A stretch of DNA of 62,272 bases, filler included, from Sphacelaria rigidula (lineage: Eukaryota), in assembly GCA_964200075.2 (NCBI GenBank). It is 11 parts of 11 records of this genome, joined end to end, with 100 filler letters (N's around TTAATTAATTAA, not from the genome) between each part and the next. Parts side by side here need not be neighbours in the genome. Positions count along the whole stretch, not along the records: positions 34,023 to 39,592 come from CAXNAA020026235.1; positions 39,693 to 45,262 come from CAXNAA020026236.1; positions 45,363 to 50,932 come from CAXNAA020026237.1; positions 51,033 to 56,602 come from CAXNAA020026238.1; 7 more parts are not named here. One strand, 5' to 3'. How positions within the stretch are numbered: position 1 is the stretch's first letter; every line of letters begins with the position of its first letter. A program made the translations under genes and the position numbers. Below the pieces are notes generated by a model, which made no database searches, was not told the DNA's origin, and saw only the letters and a program-made list of their open reading frames with translations. This document shows, one piece after another, positions 39,396 through 52,600 of this stretch.

Positions 39396-39470
39396 TCCGT
39401 CTCGAAACGGATGCGTGGTCTAAGGTCAAGGGACGAAGGCAAGCAACAAATGAGTACGCTCCCTCTCCCT
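39396..39470 (+). mobile_element. LINE 3'-end fragment; a long poly-C run follows at about 39497-39543
   Basis: tccgtctcgaaacggatgcgtggtctaaggtcaagggacgaaggcaagcaacaaatgagtacgctccc. Confidence 0.8.
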
Positions 39471-39494
39471 CCGTTTAAATGCTCTTTTTCCGCC

Positions 39495-39543
<49 letters not shown>

Positions 39544-39739
39544 ACCCCACCCCCCAACCCCACCACCCACCACCACCACACCGACCCACCACNNNNNNNN
39601 NNNNNNNNNNNNNNNNNNNNNNNNNNNNNNNNNNNNTTAATTAATTAANNNNNNNNNNNNNNNNNNNNNNNNNNNNNNNNNNNNNNNNNNNNGACACAAT
39701 CCCGGGGAGCGGTGGATTCTCATTTCAAAATACCTTCTC

Positions 39740-41125
39740 ACTTTTCTGGCACTCCTGTCAGCTGTCGAGTTTTGTCGAAGTGCAGAAACCTATGCTCGTG
39801 CAATGGGAAGCAACTACTTTCGGAAGTAAAGCTGCATGGTTTGCTGGCTCAATCACACACGTTTGTGCATTGCCAATTCCGGATCATCCCGGAGCTGTTG
39901 AGTTTGGTCGAAGTGCAGAAAACCTACTCTCATGTTGAATGTTTTCTGACTCACTCACATACAGGTGTGTCTATTGCCGCTCTGGGCCATCCCGGAGTTG
40001 TCGAGTGTTATCGAAGTACAGAAACCTATGCTCGTGCTGAACCAACCTCTCCAGGATATCCGAGGGGTTGCCGTCTGGTCAAATAGCGTGTTGCACACAC
40101 TTTTCTCGAGCTTGTTGCACATACCCTTCGCGACCCGGGCTGCCGAAAATGTTTTCGGGTTGCAGTCAAAAATGAGTTCCAAACATTGCAGCAGGTTTCT
40201 GACTCAATTACACTGTGTGATTGCCGTTTCGATTGCCTATCGAAACTGTCGAGTAGTCTTCGTAGGGCAGAAGTCTGAGTAAAGAAATGCCTATGCTGAA
40301 CCAACCTCTCAGGGAAATTTACAGGAGGTTGCCGGCTGGTCAGTTAGCGTTGCACACGTCAATAGCGTGTCTGCACATACGCTACTCGATCCGGGCTGCA
40401 AATTTCGGGTTGCAGCAGTACATTGAGCTCCAACACATTTCGACACGCTTCTGACTCAATTACACGTGTGGTTACCCTTTCGATTACCTATCGGGGCTGT
40501 CGAGTCGTCTTCGAAGTGCAGAAACCTGTGTAGCGAAAAAAAACAATATATATATATATATATATGTGCTGAACCATCCTCTCATGGAATTTCGTGGGAG
40601 ATTGCCGTCTGGTCAGCAGCGTTGCACATATGCACGCTCCTTGACTGGGCTGTCGGGAATTTCCGAGTTGCAGCAAACAAAAAGCCCCAAAATTCAGCAG
40701 GCTTCTCGCTCGATTGTCATGTGCAATTGCCGTTTCGATTGTATATCGGAACTGTCGAGTCATCTTCGAAGTGCAGAAGTCTGCGGGCCAAATGCCTATG
40801 CTGAACCAACCTCCTACGGAAATCCACGGGAGGTTGCACTCTGGTCAATTAGCGGATGGTGTAAACGCTTCTTGATTCAGAGTGCCGAAATACTTCGGGA
40901 GGCAGCATATATATATATATATATCAGGTAAAACTTTGAATCAATCGCACCCAGAGGAGGTCGCCGTTGCGATTGTAGTGCAACCGTCGAGTTCTGTTTT
41001 TCTTACAAGTACAGAAGCCTACGAACGCCGCTGAATCAACATCATACGATGTTGTCGTTTCATCCCGGATGTTCGATTACTTACCGGCGCTGTCAGTCGT
41101 CTTCGAAGAGCAGAAACCTGTGTAA
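39740..41125 (+). repeat. Diverged tandem repeat array, unit about 230-270 bp
   Basis: gctgaacca.cctc at about 40037, 40296, 40568 and 40800; recurrent tcgaagtgcagaaacct and ggttgccgtctggtca. Confidence 0.8.
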
Positions 41126-41744
41126 AGATACATATACTATTCTTATTCATTATGTTTGTCCGCATTCCGCGTCTCTGGACGCAGGTGCAAAAATCACGGG
41201 GCCTGACCGCGCACCATTTCTCCGAGGTCCGACGCACCAGCGGCCAGTATTTGAATCTTCCGTTCCTCTGTGACGTTCAACCTCTCCCGCGCATTTTTGA
41301 GGAATTTACCCTATATCCACACTTTCCCGTTTATCCACACTTTCCCGTTTCCCTTCGCGGAAATTGCCCGTTTCTCCGCGGAATCTACTCTGGGACCAAT
41401 GACTTCCCTAGCCACCATAATCTGACGTTTGCCTACTCTGAATAACCGCAACCTGTTTCCGTGGCACTTTTCACATCTTTCTCCTCCTTTGGATTGAACG
41501 CGCGGAACCCCCAACACCAGTGACGCGCCGAGCCGTTAGACTTTTCCCTCATTAAAATATAACGCACCTTATTTCCCCGGAACCAGTGAGCAACTCTTCA
41601 CCCGCCAATGCAACGGAACCTTTATGTCTCTCCGGTGCCAGTGACGTTCACAGCCGTTTGACTTGTGGCTTTGGCGCTGGCCAGTTTCACCAGTCACTCC
41701 GAAATCTGGGAGTGTGGCTTCTCGGCTTTTGCGTAGTCGGATTG

Positions 41745-42892
41745 CCGTGGTCAGTGGAAGTGCCCGACACCGGGCACGTTGACAACGATTACTTCTGCAC
41801 ATCTTATCAGTCGTCTACATGCTGCACTGCTGTGTATGACTGTATATGACCCATGATGAACAACCGCCGCGGTTAAACAGCTAAACCCTTTGACGGCGGA
41901 CCAAGTCATCTGTTGAATCGACATCAATTTCACCTGAAAATGTATGCTTGATTGCGATGACCGATGCTTGCAGTCAAAGGGTCAACCCTTTGACCGCGAG
42001 GTTAGGTCACCTGCTGAATCGGCATCAATTTCACTGGGAAACGTCTTATGATCCAGATGGACTACCCGCATCGCGGTCTGAGGGTTAACCCTATGGCCGT
42101 AGTCAGATATCCGTGGTCGGCGGTGGTGCGAGACGCCACGCATGTTGACAATAATCTCTTCTGCACACCATTTCAGTCACTTACTTGCTGTACCGCTTTG
42201 TATGACTGTCTATGACCCATGAACAACCGCCGCGGTCACGCGATTAACCCTTCAACGGCGAGAGTAGGTCCTCTGTTGAATTGGCATCAATTTCACCTGA
42301 AAAAGTATTCTTGATTCCGATAATCGACCCGGTCACCTGCTGAATCACGATCAATTTCACTGGGGAAAGTATGCGTGATCCAGATGGACTACCTGCATTG
42401 CGGTCTGAGGGTCAACCCTTTGACCGTCAGGGTAGGCCACCTGGGCCATTGACGATTCAATAAATGATCTACTATATGTGGTAGCGGTCACAGCACCAGA
42501 TTGTTTCCCATTATAATTAACCCTTTGGGGACCGGATTCTCAGAAGCATGCGGTTTGCACGCAGCGGCCTTTTTGTGAATCAGCAACGTTTTTACTTGAA
42601 AACGAGTGAAAATGATGCCGATTCACAAAAAGGCCCCTGAGTGCAAACTCTACATTTTTGTGGGGATCCGGTCCCGAAAGAGTTGGCCCTTTGACGGTGA
42701 GGGTAGGTCAGCTGCTGAATTGGCATCAATTTCGCTTGAAAAAGTATGCGTTATCAAGATGGACTACCCGCATCGCGGTCTAAGGGTACCCTTAGACCGC
42801 GAGGGTAGTCCATATCTGGATCATGCATACTTTTTTCAAGTGAAATTGGTGGCGACTCAACAGATGACCTACCCTCGCCGTCGAAGGGTTAA
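41745..42892. mobile_element. Cluster of ~100-bp piggyBac-like MITEs in tandem and inverted arrangement
   Basis: Units ttaaccctttgac...tgaatcggcatcaatttcac...ggactacc...gcggtct.agggttaa; palindromes at 42517-42684 and 42687-42892. Confidence 0.7.
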
Positions 42893-43560
42893 CGCGACAC
42901 ATGCACCAGCACACTACTCGTATCAACGTTTTCGTGATTTTGAGAGTAGAGCGCTGGTTGAGAGCAGATTTGATCAGTCGCTTCAAATGAGCCAATTATT
43001 CATTCCGTGTGTGTGATGTTCTTTCCCTCCATCACTGGCGTGTGCTTACAGCTACACGTCGATATCCCACTCAGGGATGTCATGGGCCTCAGTGCCAAGC
43101 TACTACAGAAGGCATATTGGACCTCGTGTGCGGGCATTTCAGAACTGATACGAAGCATTCACTGCTTGCCCGATTTTCACTCTCAATCGCATCCTCTACT
43201 CTCAATATCACGAAAACACTGTTTCGTATATCCTCCCATCTATATCCGAGCGCACCGAGCAAGCCATGGCCACTGCGCTCTTGGGGACAGTAAAAGAGTC
43301 GTACAGTGAGATGAAGCAAAAATGGCACAGTGTTACAATACACACGCAGTTGCAAATAGTGTAGTGGTGTACTATGTTCGAACATCTAATTGCCAGATAA
43401 TAAAAATTTTCGCGTTGAATTAAATGATGTAATCCACTAGTCGTTTTCTGCGTCACGAAGGGCGTTTTTTTTTTCAAGTACCCGGGAGCAGCTGTGATGT
43501 GGTGCCGAACACATGGGGCATACCTTTCAGCCACGAACCAAAGCTTGAACGGAATCGTTC

Positions 43561-44058
43561 AATCGTTTGACCGCGAGGGTGGGTAGGTCATCTGGCTGTG
43601 ATAACATGTTTGCCAGATTCAGAACGGGAGGTTTTTCGATATTTTTAACAAGGCGGTCTAATCGCCCGGAACGGCCGTCACCCCCCTGAAAGCCCGTGAT
43701 CTGAAGGAAGTTGAGCTCAATCAGATTTAAAATCGCGGTGGTGCCTTACGTGAGATACGGCTGAAATGTGCGTTTGTTTCCCCCCCCTAATTTGGACACA
43801 TTTTCCCTCATAACTCTGTACTGACCATGTCTATTTCAAATATTCTTGCACCACGATTCCCGTCAGATAACGGGCTTTCAGCGGCGTGACGGCCGTTTCG
43901 GACGATCCGACCGCGTTGGTGTCAATCACGGAAAGCCTTCCGTTCCGGAAAAAAACCCAACTAATATCACAAACATGTTGTTCTATGTTTTCATTTTCCA
44001 AGTTAATTTGATGCTGATCAAACACATGACCTATCTATGCTCGTGGTCAAAGGTTTGA
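43561..44058. mobile_element. ~500-bp foldback element related to the piggyBac-like MITEs
   Basis: Ends tttgaccgcgag..taggtcat / atgacctat..ctcgtggtcaaagg; inner arms 43647-43710 and 43857-43921 are reverse complements. Confidence 0.6.
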
Positions 44059-46058
44059 TATTGGGAACAGGTGGAGTACTGTAGATTGTTCTACTGTTGT
44101 TAATCGTGACGGCGTTTGGCGTGATTTTTCTTCTGAAGATGGAGCGAATGCTTTGCGGAATTTCTACTTGGTGGTGTTTGCTTCCGTCTCAGATGTTTCC
44201 GATCGTTTGTTCGGATGGTGGGTGCTCTTGCGAGATGTGCATCGTCTTTGGCACCGTCTTTCGCACTGAAGAAACTCTAGCGATACAAGAAGAACCAAAA
44301 CTGTACTGTATTGGCATGTAACTTATGTGCGGTAATAATGGGTCACGAAATTGTCGCGCGAAAATTCAAGCGAAATTTTATCAGAGGTATCAACATATTT
44401 TCTCCAACAAAGCCGTACGTAGTACTGATACAATTTGCTCGGCGATTCAGCCCCATTTTCCCCCAGGGTACAAAAGTAGCACGTGTAGTTCGAGGCTTTG
44501 CCGATTGTCACATTTCGACAAGTCTTTCAGTGCTTTTCCGAGAGGGTTCCAGCGTCCTTTCCGACCTTTTCGTACGTCCACTTTGACTTTTAGCCGATAG
44601 TTTTAGCCTTTTTTGGTCACTTGCGAAACCGTTTCCGTGGACTGGTCGACAAATTATTAATTCGGCCAAAAGTCGAACCGGGCGCACGAAAGTTCGAAAA
44701 AAGTGGGCCATACTCCTCCCAGAGAGTACAGTGGCAATTCTTCATGAGGTGGCATAATCTACCGAACCACGTATGCCAGCGGAAATCGGCACTGGATCAT
44801 CAAACAGGCTTTTTTGGAGAGATTGTTCATTGGACACGAGCAAGCGGCTTCGTACGATTCACCCATCCCTCGCTTCCATGCCAAGCAACGACCCCGTGAA
44901 GTGAACAAGATCATATTGCCTGCACGTGTATGTCGTTCCGAGCTAGAATCAATATAATCTTCTTGACCTCCCTGTGAAACGGCGAGGCAGTCGTGAAGGC
45001 CACGGTGCCTCTGACCGGTAGCTATGCACTGGAATTATCCATCAAAATAGAGCGTTTCGGGGGAAACAAATTCTGAGCATATTCGTAGTGCAGAATGGAA
45101 GCGTTAAAACTTCACTTCATATTGGAAGATGATATGACGTGGCATGACGTGGATTTTTTCGGTCGCAGTGATCAGCCGCAGGTTTTACCTACTCATGAGT
45201 ACTTCGAAAACAGACGTATGGACCAATGCGCATCGGTACAGGGGAGTTACGATAGCGCACCTNNNNNNNNNNNNNNNNNNNNNNNNNNNNNNNNNNNNNN
45301 NNNNNNTTAATTAATTAANNNNNNNNNNNNNNNNNNNNNNNNNNNNNNNNNNNNNNNNNNNNCCATTGCAACAAAAGACCCCCTCTTTCAGGAAAAACCG
45401 ATTAGTGCCTGAAACAGTTTCAGTTCCGAAATGCCCCCCAGGCGTAAAAATGCTTTTTGCGGTATCTCATCAACCAGATCGCCGAATTCCTCGAATGGGG
45501 TACTGTACGGTAGCTGCATGCACAGGACGTGTGCTCAAGCAAATAAAAAAGAAAGTTGCCTATAAGGAACGCTAGAGCATCCACTCTGAGTCTGAAACTA
45601 CGTTCTGAATCTCACGAATATAGTGTTGTGTCTGGAATGTTGGAGAGGTGTACAACTTGAACCTTCGACTGACCCCCCATAATAAGCTGTATCTGCGAGA
45701 TACATACACCTGTCTGTGCATCGCTCGTGTCGGCGGAAAGAGTAGCGCTCGTTCTCCTGCACCGAGTGCAATCGCCTATTCATCTATAGCGCACGTTGGC
45801 GTTTAATCTTACTTGGTGTCAAGTACGGGAACCCACCCGTACTACAGAATTTTCGGGTTCGTCCGGGTCACGGGGACGTGCCCCTACCCCTCCTCCCGGT
45901 GCATCGTCCTGGTTTTGCGGACCCCTTGGAAGCGACTGCGCAATGTTAGCGGCTACGCCCGAGATGATTTGCCAACACTCATGTATAGTATTTTGCGTTC
46001 TACGAGCGTATCTGCGAGTGCTCGCAAGTAGACATGTCGGCTACGACGCAACACGGGG

Positions 46059-46150
46059 TTAACCCTTGGACGGCGAGAGCAGGTAATCTGCCTAATCGGC
46101 ATCAATTTTTCTTGCAAACAGAACGCGTGATCCAAATGGACCACCCTCGC
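46059..46150 (+). mobile_element. piggyBac-like MITE copy; another copy lies at 55963-56066 (-)
   Basis: ttaacccttggacggcgagagcaggt...aatcggcatcaattt...gtgatccaaatggaccaccctcgc. Confidence 0.65.
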
Positions 46151-46476
46151 AGTTGGCTTTGTTTTCATGGTCCTTGTGTTTTTGCTCTAACCATAGTTTC
46201 CGTGTTGGTTTCTGTACACGTCATGCCACTGCGTCGTTTTTTCGTCGGCAGTTTGGGTACGTTGTAATGTCATACACGGGGATATTGGCGTTCTGAGTTC
46301 AGAATGTATTCCGCATTTTCTCGATGTGGATCTTGGATTTATGTCGTTCCCTTCCGATGACGTAACTCGCATTTTGCCCCAAGAGGCAGGATAAGCCGCA
46401 AAAGTCGGTCTGTGCGTGCTTTTGGACGGTGACACTTTTTTGGCTCATTTTAGGGGGTCAGGCGCGCCCATAACAG

Positions 46477-49300
46477 TGTTGGAAATTTGAGGAATAAACG
46501 TTCCGAATATACATACTCAAATTAGCGGTACAACCAATAATTACGGTTCATCGTTAGGATAAAGATCGTAGGAATAACCAAAGTAGTGAGATATTCGTCG
46601 TAGAATAATGAGTAGCTCATGTACTGTGTAGCTCGTATACAGAGAGTCAGCATATTGTCAGAGTACTGAAGGGTTGGGTACGAAGAGTCTGAGGTATCAA
46701 CAGTTTGGATGAACAGTTTTCTAGTGTTCAAGAGTTTTGTCGACAGAGTGAAATAGCCCCACGCTACTTGCTCTCCAAAGCGACCCACCTCAAGCAAGCC
46801 TACGAGTTTGTTATCAGTATTCTATGCAGTAGAGACTGATTGTGTTTGATTTGAGTAACGCCCAGATGAAGCGGCAAGTCTAAGCATCTTCTCTCATCGC
46901 ACAAGCAAGTGTTTCACCAACACTGTGCAGCCCCTGCAAGCTCTCTTGTTAGAGCTGGGTTCACCAGTTGAACGGATTGTTCCTGTCTTTTGGAAATTTA
47001 TACAGCCAGCAATCTAGTTGTTTATCTTCTGTGTGTGAGTTGTTACTCTGTAGCAATTTTTGCGGGACAATATGCTCTGGTTCAACTGGGAGCCACCCAA
47101 TATTGACCAAGGGTTCAAGTACTGTTTTTATATGGATACTTGAGGACAATATCCTGTCAGACTTGCCACGTAAGCTCATAGAATAAGGGAGTGTGCTACC
47201 ATTGTTTGTAAGTGTCGTAGCTTGAGTAAGAATCCAGTCTGTGAGCTGGCAAACCAACACGTCAGAGTCAAGGACGCGTTTTAGTCGACGTACGTGTAGA
47301 GCTTTGTTTTTTGTTCCAAGGATTGAGCAATTGTAGTCGGTGGTTCGCACTGCCCTCTATGATCACTGTCCTTCACTACCATCAGTTCTCCGTCTTGAGA
47401 AGAAACTGCAAGTTCTGCTTTTCTTGGCTAAATAAAGAGCCCAGTCAGCCATTTGTCTCACTGATTCTATTCTGAAGCTGCGGAAGCAAGTGGTCTAATC
47501 ACCCACGGTGCAACCTCTGTATACTACTCTTCGCTGAACGGTAGTTGGCCTGTCGTAAGGACAGTGCTACGAACACGAATTATTCCAACACTGTCGACTC
47601 GACAATTGAACACTGTGTATTTCATACACACGCCACGATAGCCACATATACATATATATTTCAACAGGCTATGAGCCACGTTTACAGGTGTTAAGCAGGT
47701 TAGAGCCTCATCACGTTAACAGGCTTTTAGTGTGTGGCTACAGTATAGCATACCGTAGTCTTCGGCACCACCAGCAGCCAGGACGCGCCATCGAGGACGT
47801 CAAACTGCAGCAGGGTAGGAGCGTGGTCGTCCCGCCTATCAGCAAGGACATCAACAGAACATTGAGGTGTGGATAGTATAGTTCCGTCTCGAGGACGAAG
47901 AAGTACTCTGAGGTGCAGAAACATTGAGGTGTGAATGGAAGTAACACAGGTTGTAACGGATGGATTTTCTGGAGAGCCATCCGTTACTGAAGTCATAACG
48001 AGTCTCAGTATCTTTAACGGGACGAATTTCCTTGAGTGGAAACGGTCCGTTCGGGCAGTAGTCCCACTGACACATCCGAGAATTCCGGAAATTATTAACG
48101 GCAGAAATCGTCCCGAAGAAATTTATGAGCTTAGGCAGCGACAGGATGTAGGGATTCCGCGGCTCAGTGCTAGGAGTACGTCGAGAGTAAGTCCTGTAGC
48201 TACACGTTCTAGAAGCCTTCCAACGGGAGCAGGAAGAGAAACGTCTGTAGAGGAGACGTCGACAGTAAGAGTAGCTGTCTCATCAAGTCAGGATTCCACA
48301 GCTGAAGAAGACAGTACTGACACCGACGTGAGAGTAGTCAGTAATGCACAGAAAGTAGCTGATTCCGATCCCAATAACGAAGTGCTGTTTCATTTATTGT
48401 ACCTGACTACAACCGGATCTGCCAACAGTTTTTTGCTGAGGTTCGAACCACAGGGCGCCGATAGACCTGACGGTAAAAAAGCTTGGGAAGGGTTGATTGC
48501 GAAGTACCAGAATTCGTCCAGACAAAGACGTCGAATTCTGATGCGACAGTTGGACAATTTAACTATGTCGCAAAATGAGGACCCGGATGCATCCCTCTCA
48601 AGTTTATATCAAATCAAAGACGAATCAACTAATATGAATGAGAGCGTAAGTGATGAGCGGTTGACAGATATAGCCATCGAAGGACTAACTGATGATTACA
48701 GTCAAATTAAATACGACGCTGAACGAGATCCTCATTTTAGACTGTCACAGATCGAATCCATTGTGAGGAATCTGTATGCCAATTGTTTAGCTCGTAGTAA
48801 ATCAGGGAAAAAATCTGCAAGTGAAGATAGTGCTATGGTTGCAGCATCGCCGGTAGAATGTTCTGGGAAGAAAACAGTACACCAAGTGAGGTGTTTCACG
48901 TGTGATAAGATAGGTCATCACATGCGTGAATGTAGATCTAGACAGCAGTCTAATGATGGTGGTAGACAGACAAAATGGTGTGCACCGCACGGAACAGCCA
49001 CCCATGATAACACGGAGTGTAGAAGTCAAAATAGGAATAAGGGCACAGGGAGTGATAATGGAATGTTGGGCACAACAGTGATGTCGCACATAGTGGCAGT
49101 CTGGAACATGCACATCAGCAAGTAAATACCCTGGGCACAAGTACATATTCAGACCCTACAAATACACAAGCTCTTCATGCAGTGCATCATCGGCACAGGT
49201 GGGAGATGATTCGACTACAAGCAGGAAGGGATTCACCTTCTAACAGAGCCTATAGAAAATAGCAGTAGGAAAGTAGCCATAACAGTGGATCCTGGAAAAT
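46477..49300 (+). mobile_element. 3'-truncated Ty1/copia LTR retrotransposon: 5' LTR 46477-47666, PBS ~47667-47678, gag and start of protease
   Basis: TGTTGGAAAT...ATTTCAACA LTR termini, followed directly by ggctatgagcc (copia-type ggttatg.gcc PBS); gag ORF; GFTF and ITVDPG (decayed DSG) just before the break. Confidence 0.8.
47935..49125 (+). CDS. gag: Copia-type Gag protein (396-aa ORF, probably decaying at its C-terminus)
   Basis: FNGTNFLEWK, DGKKAWEGLIAKY, CCHC knuckle CFTCDKIGHHMREC and a second WCxxHxxxxHxxxEC motif. Confidence 0.85.
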   Translation: MEVTQVVTDGFSGEPSVTEVITSLSIFNGTNFLEWKRSVRAVVPLTHPRIPEIINGRNRPEEIYELRQRQDVGIPRLSARSTSRVSPVATRSRSLPTGAGRETSVEETSTVRVAVSSSQDSTAEEDSTDTDVRVVSNAQKVADSDPNNEVLFHLLYLTTTGSANSFLLRFEPQGADRPDGKKAWEGLIAKYQNSSRQRRRILMRQLDNLTMSQNEDPDASLSSLYQIKDESTNMNESVSDERLTDIAIEGLTDDYSQIKYDAERDPHFRLSQIESIVRNLYANCLARSKSGKKSASEDSAMVAASPVECSGKKTVHQVRCFTCDKIGHHMRECRSRQQSNDGGRQTKWCAPHGTATHDNTECRSQNRNKGTGSDNGMLGTTVMSHIVAVWNMHISK

Positions 49301-49455
49301 GGGGGTTCATCTCAAAAATGAGGTTGAAATGGCATTTTGTTTTTGCAGGGATCACGCGAAACACTTACGACCGAGCGAAGCCATCTTTCCCCCAAAATGT
49401 CCGCAGTAGTTAAGCAGCTGTGGCTAGGTGGTTGGTCGACAGACAACTAACTAAT

Positions 49456-49666
49456 AGAGGTATCTCAAACTCGGCTCCCGGTATCCTGGTTTGTTTTGCT
49501 CCATTTTTCCAAGGGAAAGTGATGCCGATTCATCAGGTGGTGAGACCGTTTGGCTGCCAGGTCAGGTCTTCTCATGAATCGCGATCACTTCCACTTGGGA
49601 AATCAGTACACGACCCAGAGCCAGCTAATGAACCAGGATACCGGGAGCCGACTTTGAGATACCTCC
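49456..49666. mobile_element. MITE with ~36-bp TIRs and AAT flanks (PIF/Harbinger-like); shorter relatives at 51881-51968 and about 56176-56270
   Basis: aat|agaggtatctcaaactcggctcccggtatcctggtt ... aaccaggataccgggagccgactttgagatacctcc|aat. Confidence 0.75.
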
Positions 49667-52600
49667 AATAAGCAACTGACTAGTAAATTAGTCGTTTGAT
49701 CTCTCATACACTCTCCCAACTGGTGTGTGGCGCGCTCTTGTTGTCGCTCACGCACAGGTACATATGTCCGGTAAAATCAACGATGAGTAATACTCCCCCA
49801 GTTCCGGTTGGATGTGTTATTGCCGCAGCACCGTCCTTGCTGGAATGAGTGTGACAGAGAACAGTAGCGGTGACGGGAACAACGCCCTGTTTTTCAACGA
49901 TGTGTTCTGTAGCGCACAGACACGCGTCCTGTCCAAAACGACAGGCAGAGAGGAATCGATCTTTACATTGGTAAGCTCCACAGACAAGGAGATACGACAC
50001 CCCTCGGCACCTCGATGTTCTTCGGGGAGCTGTGCAGCAATATAACCTGCCTACCGGCACATGGGATATCGGGTACATGCTGGCAACATGCATGGTGCCA
50101 GTCTTTGAAGCGATTTGTAATCGCCAAGCGAGGACACACAAAGGACACGAGCGAGGAGCTTTCTCTCTGCCATTACTGCTCTGGTGGTATCGTCATCGAC
50201 ACGCGTATATACCGTCTTCGTTCGGTGCACCTAGCCACAACTGCTTAACTGCTGCAGATGTTTTGGGGGGAAGATTGTTCTCCTTAGTGTAACTGTTTCG
50301 CGCCACTCCTACAAAACGTTGTGCAACGTGAGCCCCATTTTAGCGTTCAGCCCCAAAATTCAGAATCGGTTGTTAGTATATCTCTGAAGCTATGTTGCCA
50401 TCGAAGTCTGTGTAATGCGTATTCAGACTAGAGCTGGAGAACGATAGCTAAAAAAAAGCGGCTATCGGATAGATGTCATTATTTTTAGATTAAAAACAAA
50501 GGTCAAACCGTTTTCCTTGCCCATCCTGTTCAACCGATTCACTGAAAACCGGTTGAATCTGATGAGCAAAGAAAAACGACCCCGAATGAGTGAAGCGCAG
50601 GCAAATTAGGTGTTTTTGCTGTGTGCTTCGTGTGTGATGGGTGATCAATACGCTCAAACGCATCCAGTGCCAGTGACGGCACGGTTCGATCTCGCACCTC
50701 TGCACCCGTGCAACACCTGCCTGTCAAACGGACAGCACAGTGACCGGTGACACCAATGTTAATGCTTGATGGGAGATAGTGCTAGTCGTTACTTGAACAA
50801 CTGCCGTTCGAAACTTGAACAGACACTTTCTACGATAGCCCCCCCCCCCCGAAAAAGTGCATGGTTTTGGGAGGCAAAATCTTCACGTAAATCGAAATAG
50901 GAAAAGCCGAGCACAACGAGAAACTGGGAATTNNNNNNNNNNNNNNNNNNNNNNNNNNNNNNNNNNNNNNNNNNNNTTAATTAATTAANNNNNNNNNNNN
51001 NNNNNNNNNNNNNNNNNNNNNNNNNNNNNNNNACTTATTATCCGCTTGTCAAACCCCATGCGAAGTTGCTCCAGCAGCTGGGGCGGCAGTACGCATGCCC
51101 TGTGCTGTCACGAGACTATCTTCTGCTGCCGTTGCAAAAATATCAAATGCCTCGTACTCTGGGAGTGCACGTCAATGCACGTACGTCACCTCTAAAAAAT
51201 CGGGGGAGTCACGATCTCGGCAAAAACCGTTCAGATATCGTGACCCCCCGATTTTTTCGTCCCCGATGTGGTCCAAATGCGTGTCCATAAAAAGCGTTCC
51301 CCGATTTTGAAAAAATCAAGATTCGTGCTTGCCATAAAAGTGGGTATAAGGCAAAACAGATAACCCTCGACTCTTCCATCATCAAAGTGGTTTGTCGATT
51401 GAATTGGCATCATCTTCACTTACTTCAAGAATGACTGCAAGACCCACATGGCCCGCCCACGTAATAGAAGGACCAACCCCGCGACTGCGAGGGATCGCCT
51501 TGAGTCCCCATGTTCGAATATCGACGTTTATGCCACGGATTCAAGATACTATACGAGTACTGGATGCCAGCCTTGTGCAGTATTCAAGAGTAACGATCGC
51601 GAGCGTTTGGCCCAAATGATAGGTTGCTTCTCCTGGGGACAGTATGACAAAAATATCCAAAAAACGTCTCCTTCGAAGTGTGTTCCCGCTGTTCGGCGGC
51701 GATGTTTGCTGTGGGAGACGGCTTGACGGCTTGTGCCACCCAGGAAGGACGTGCTACGCTGAAGTATTTCATGTATGATGCAGTTGTCCATTTTTCGTGC
51801 ATCCAATTTGATGCTTCAAGAAACGTTTTCTTCATACTGTCTCTGTAGCTCTCAAAATTCCGGTTACGCCTACTATTATTAGAGGTATATCAAAACTCGA
51901 GGTTGTCGATATATACAACTGCAAATTACTGTGAAATATACCGCGAATATCGAGTTTGAGATGCCTCTATCGACACCGGTTTGTCGGAGGTCTCCGTTCA
52001 CCTCCCGACTTTTCGTTCTATGGGTCCAGACTCGCCCGAAAAACAAAGCAGCTTGATATTTCTCCGAAGCTAGCTACATGGTTGGAGAAGCCCGAAACAC
52101 CCGGACTGCAACGCAACACGTCGGAGAGCTGCGCTGTGTGCACGCCACAGTGCTCTAAAGCGTTCGAGAGTCATTGGTTACTTCCCAGTCCTTGAAAATT
52201 CGTGGAGATTTGAAGAAAAATAGCCTTGATACCTTGTTGATACAATTCTAATGCCCCACTCTCTAATAACTCAGACAGAAAACTCAGACACTGCCACAAG
52301 AAGGGTATGTTTATGTTTTTCGGTCATTCGGAAAATGGCTAGTTGGGACCAATTGTAATTGGGCGCGCAGTGAAGATGATCGGGAAAATATGTCCAAACC
52401 GTCTCGGGGGACAATGTCTTCTCCCTTCGTATGATGTAATTTGACAAGCCCCGCGAAAAATCCGCACTGAACCGACGAAATAGCCATTCTTCGTTTCTTT
52501 TTTCCAGGGCCAAGAGGCGGCCGTGCAATTTGCCAAGGTTCACCACGAAGTCTGGGCTATTGTTGTCTGTGGTGCCATTATACGAGGCCCTGTTCACTGC

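Noticed and set aside
41870..42530. Telomere-like taaccct motifs
   Set aside because: They are isolated rather than tandem hexamers, and are explained as MITE termini.
49802..49970. Possible exon ending ...EESIFTL|gtaagc
   Set aside because: The splice sites are plausible, but there is no partner exon or recognisable domain.
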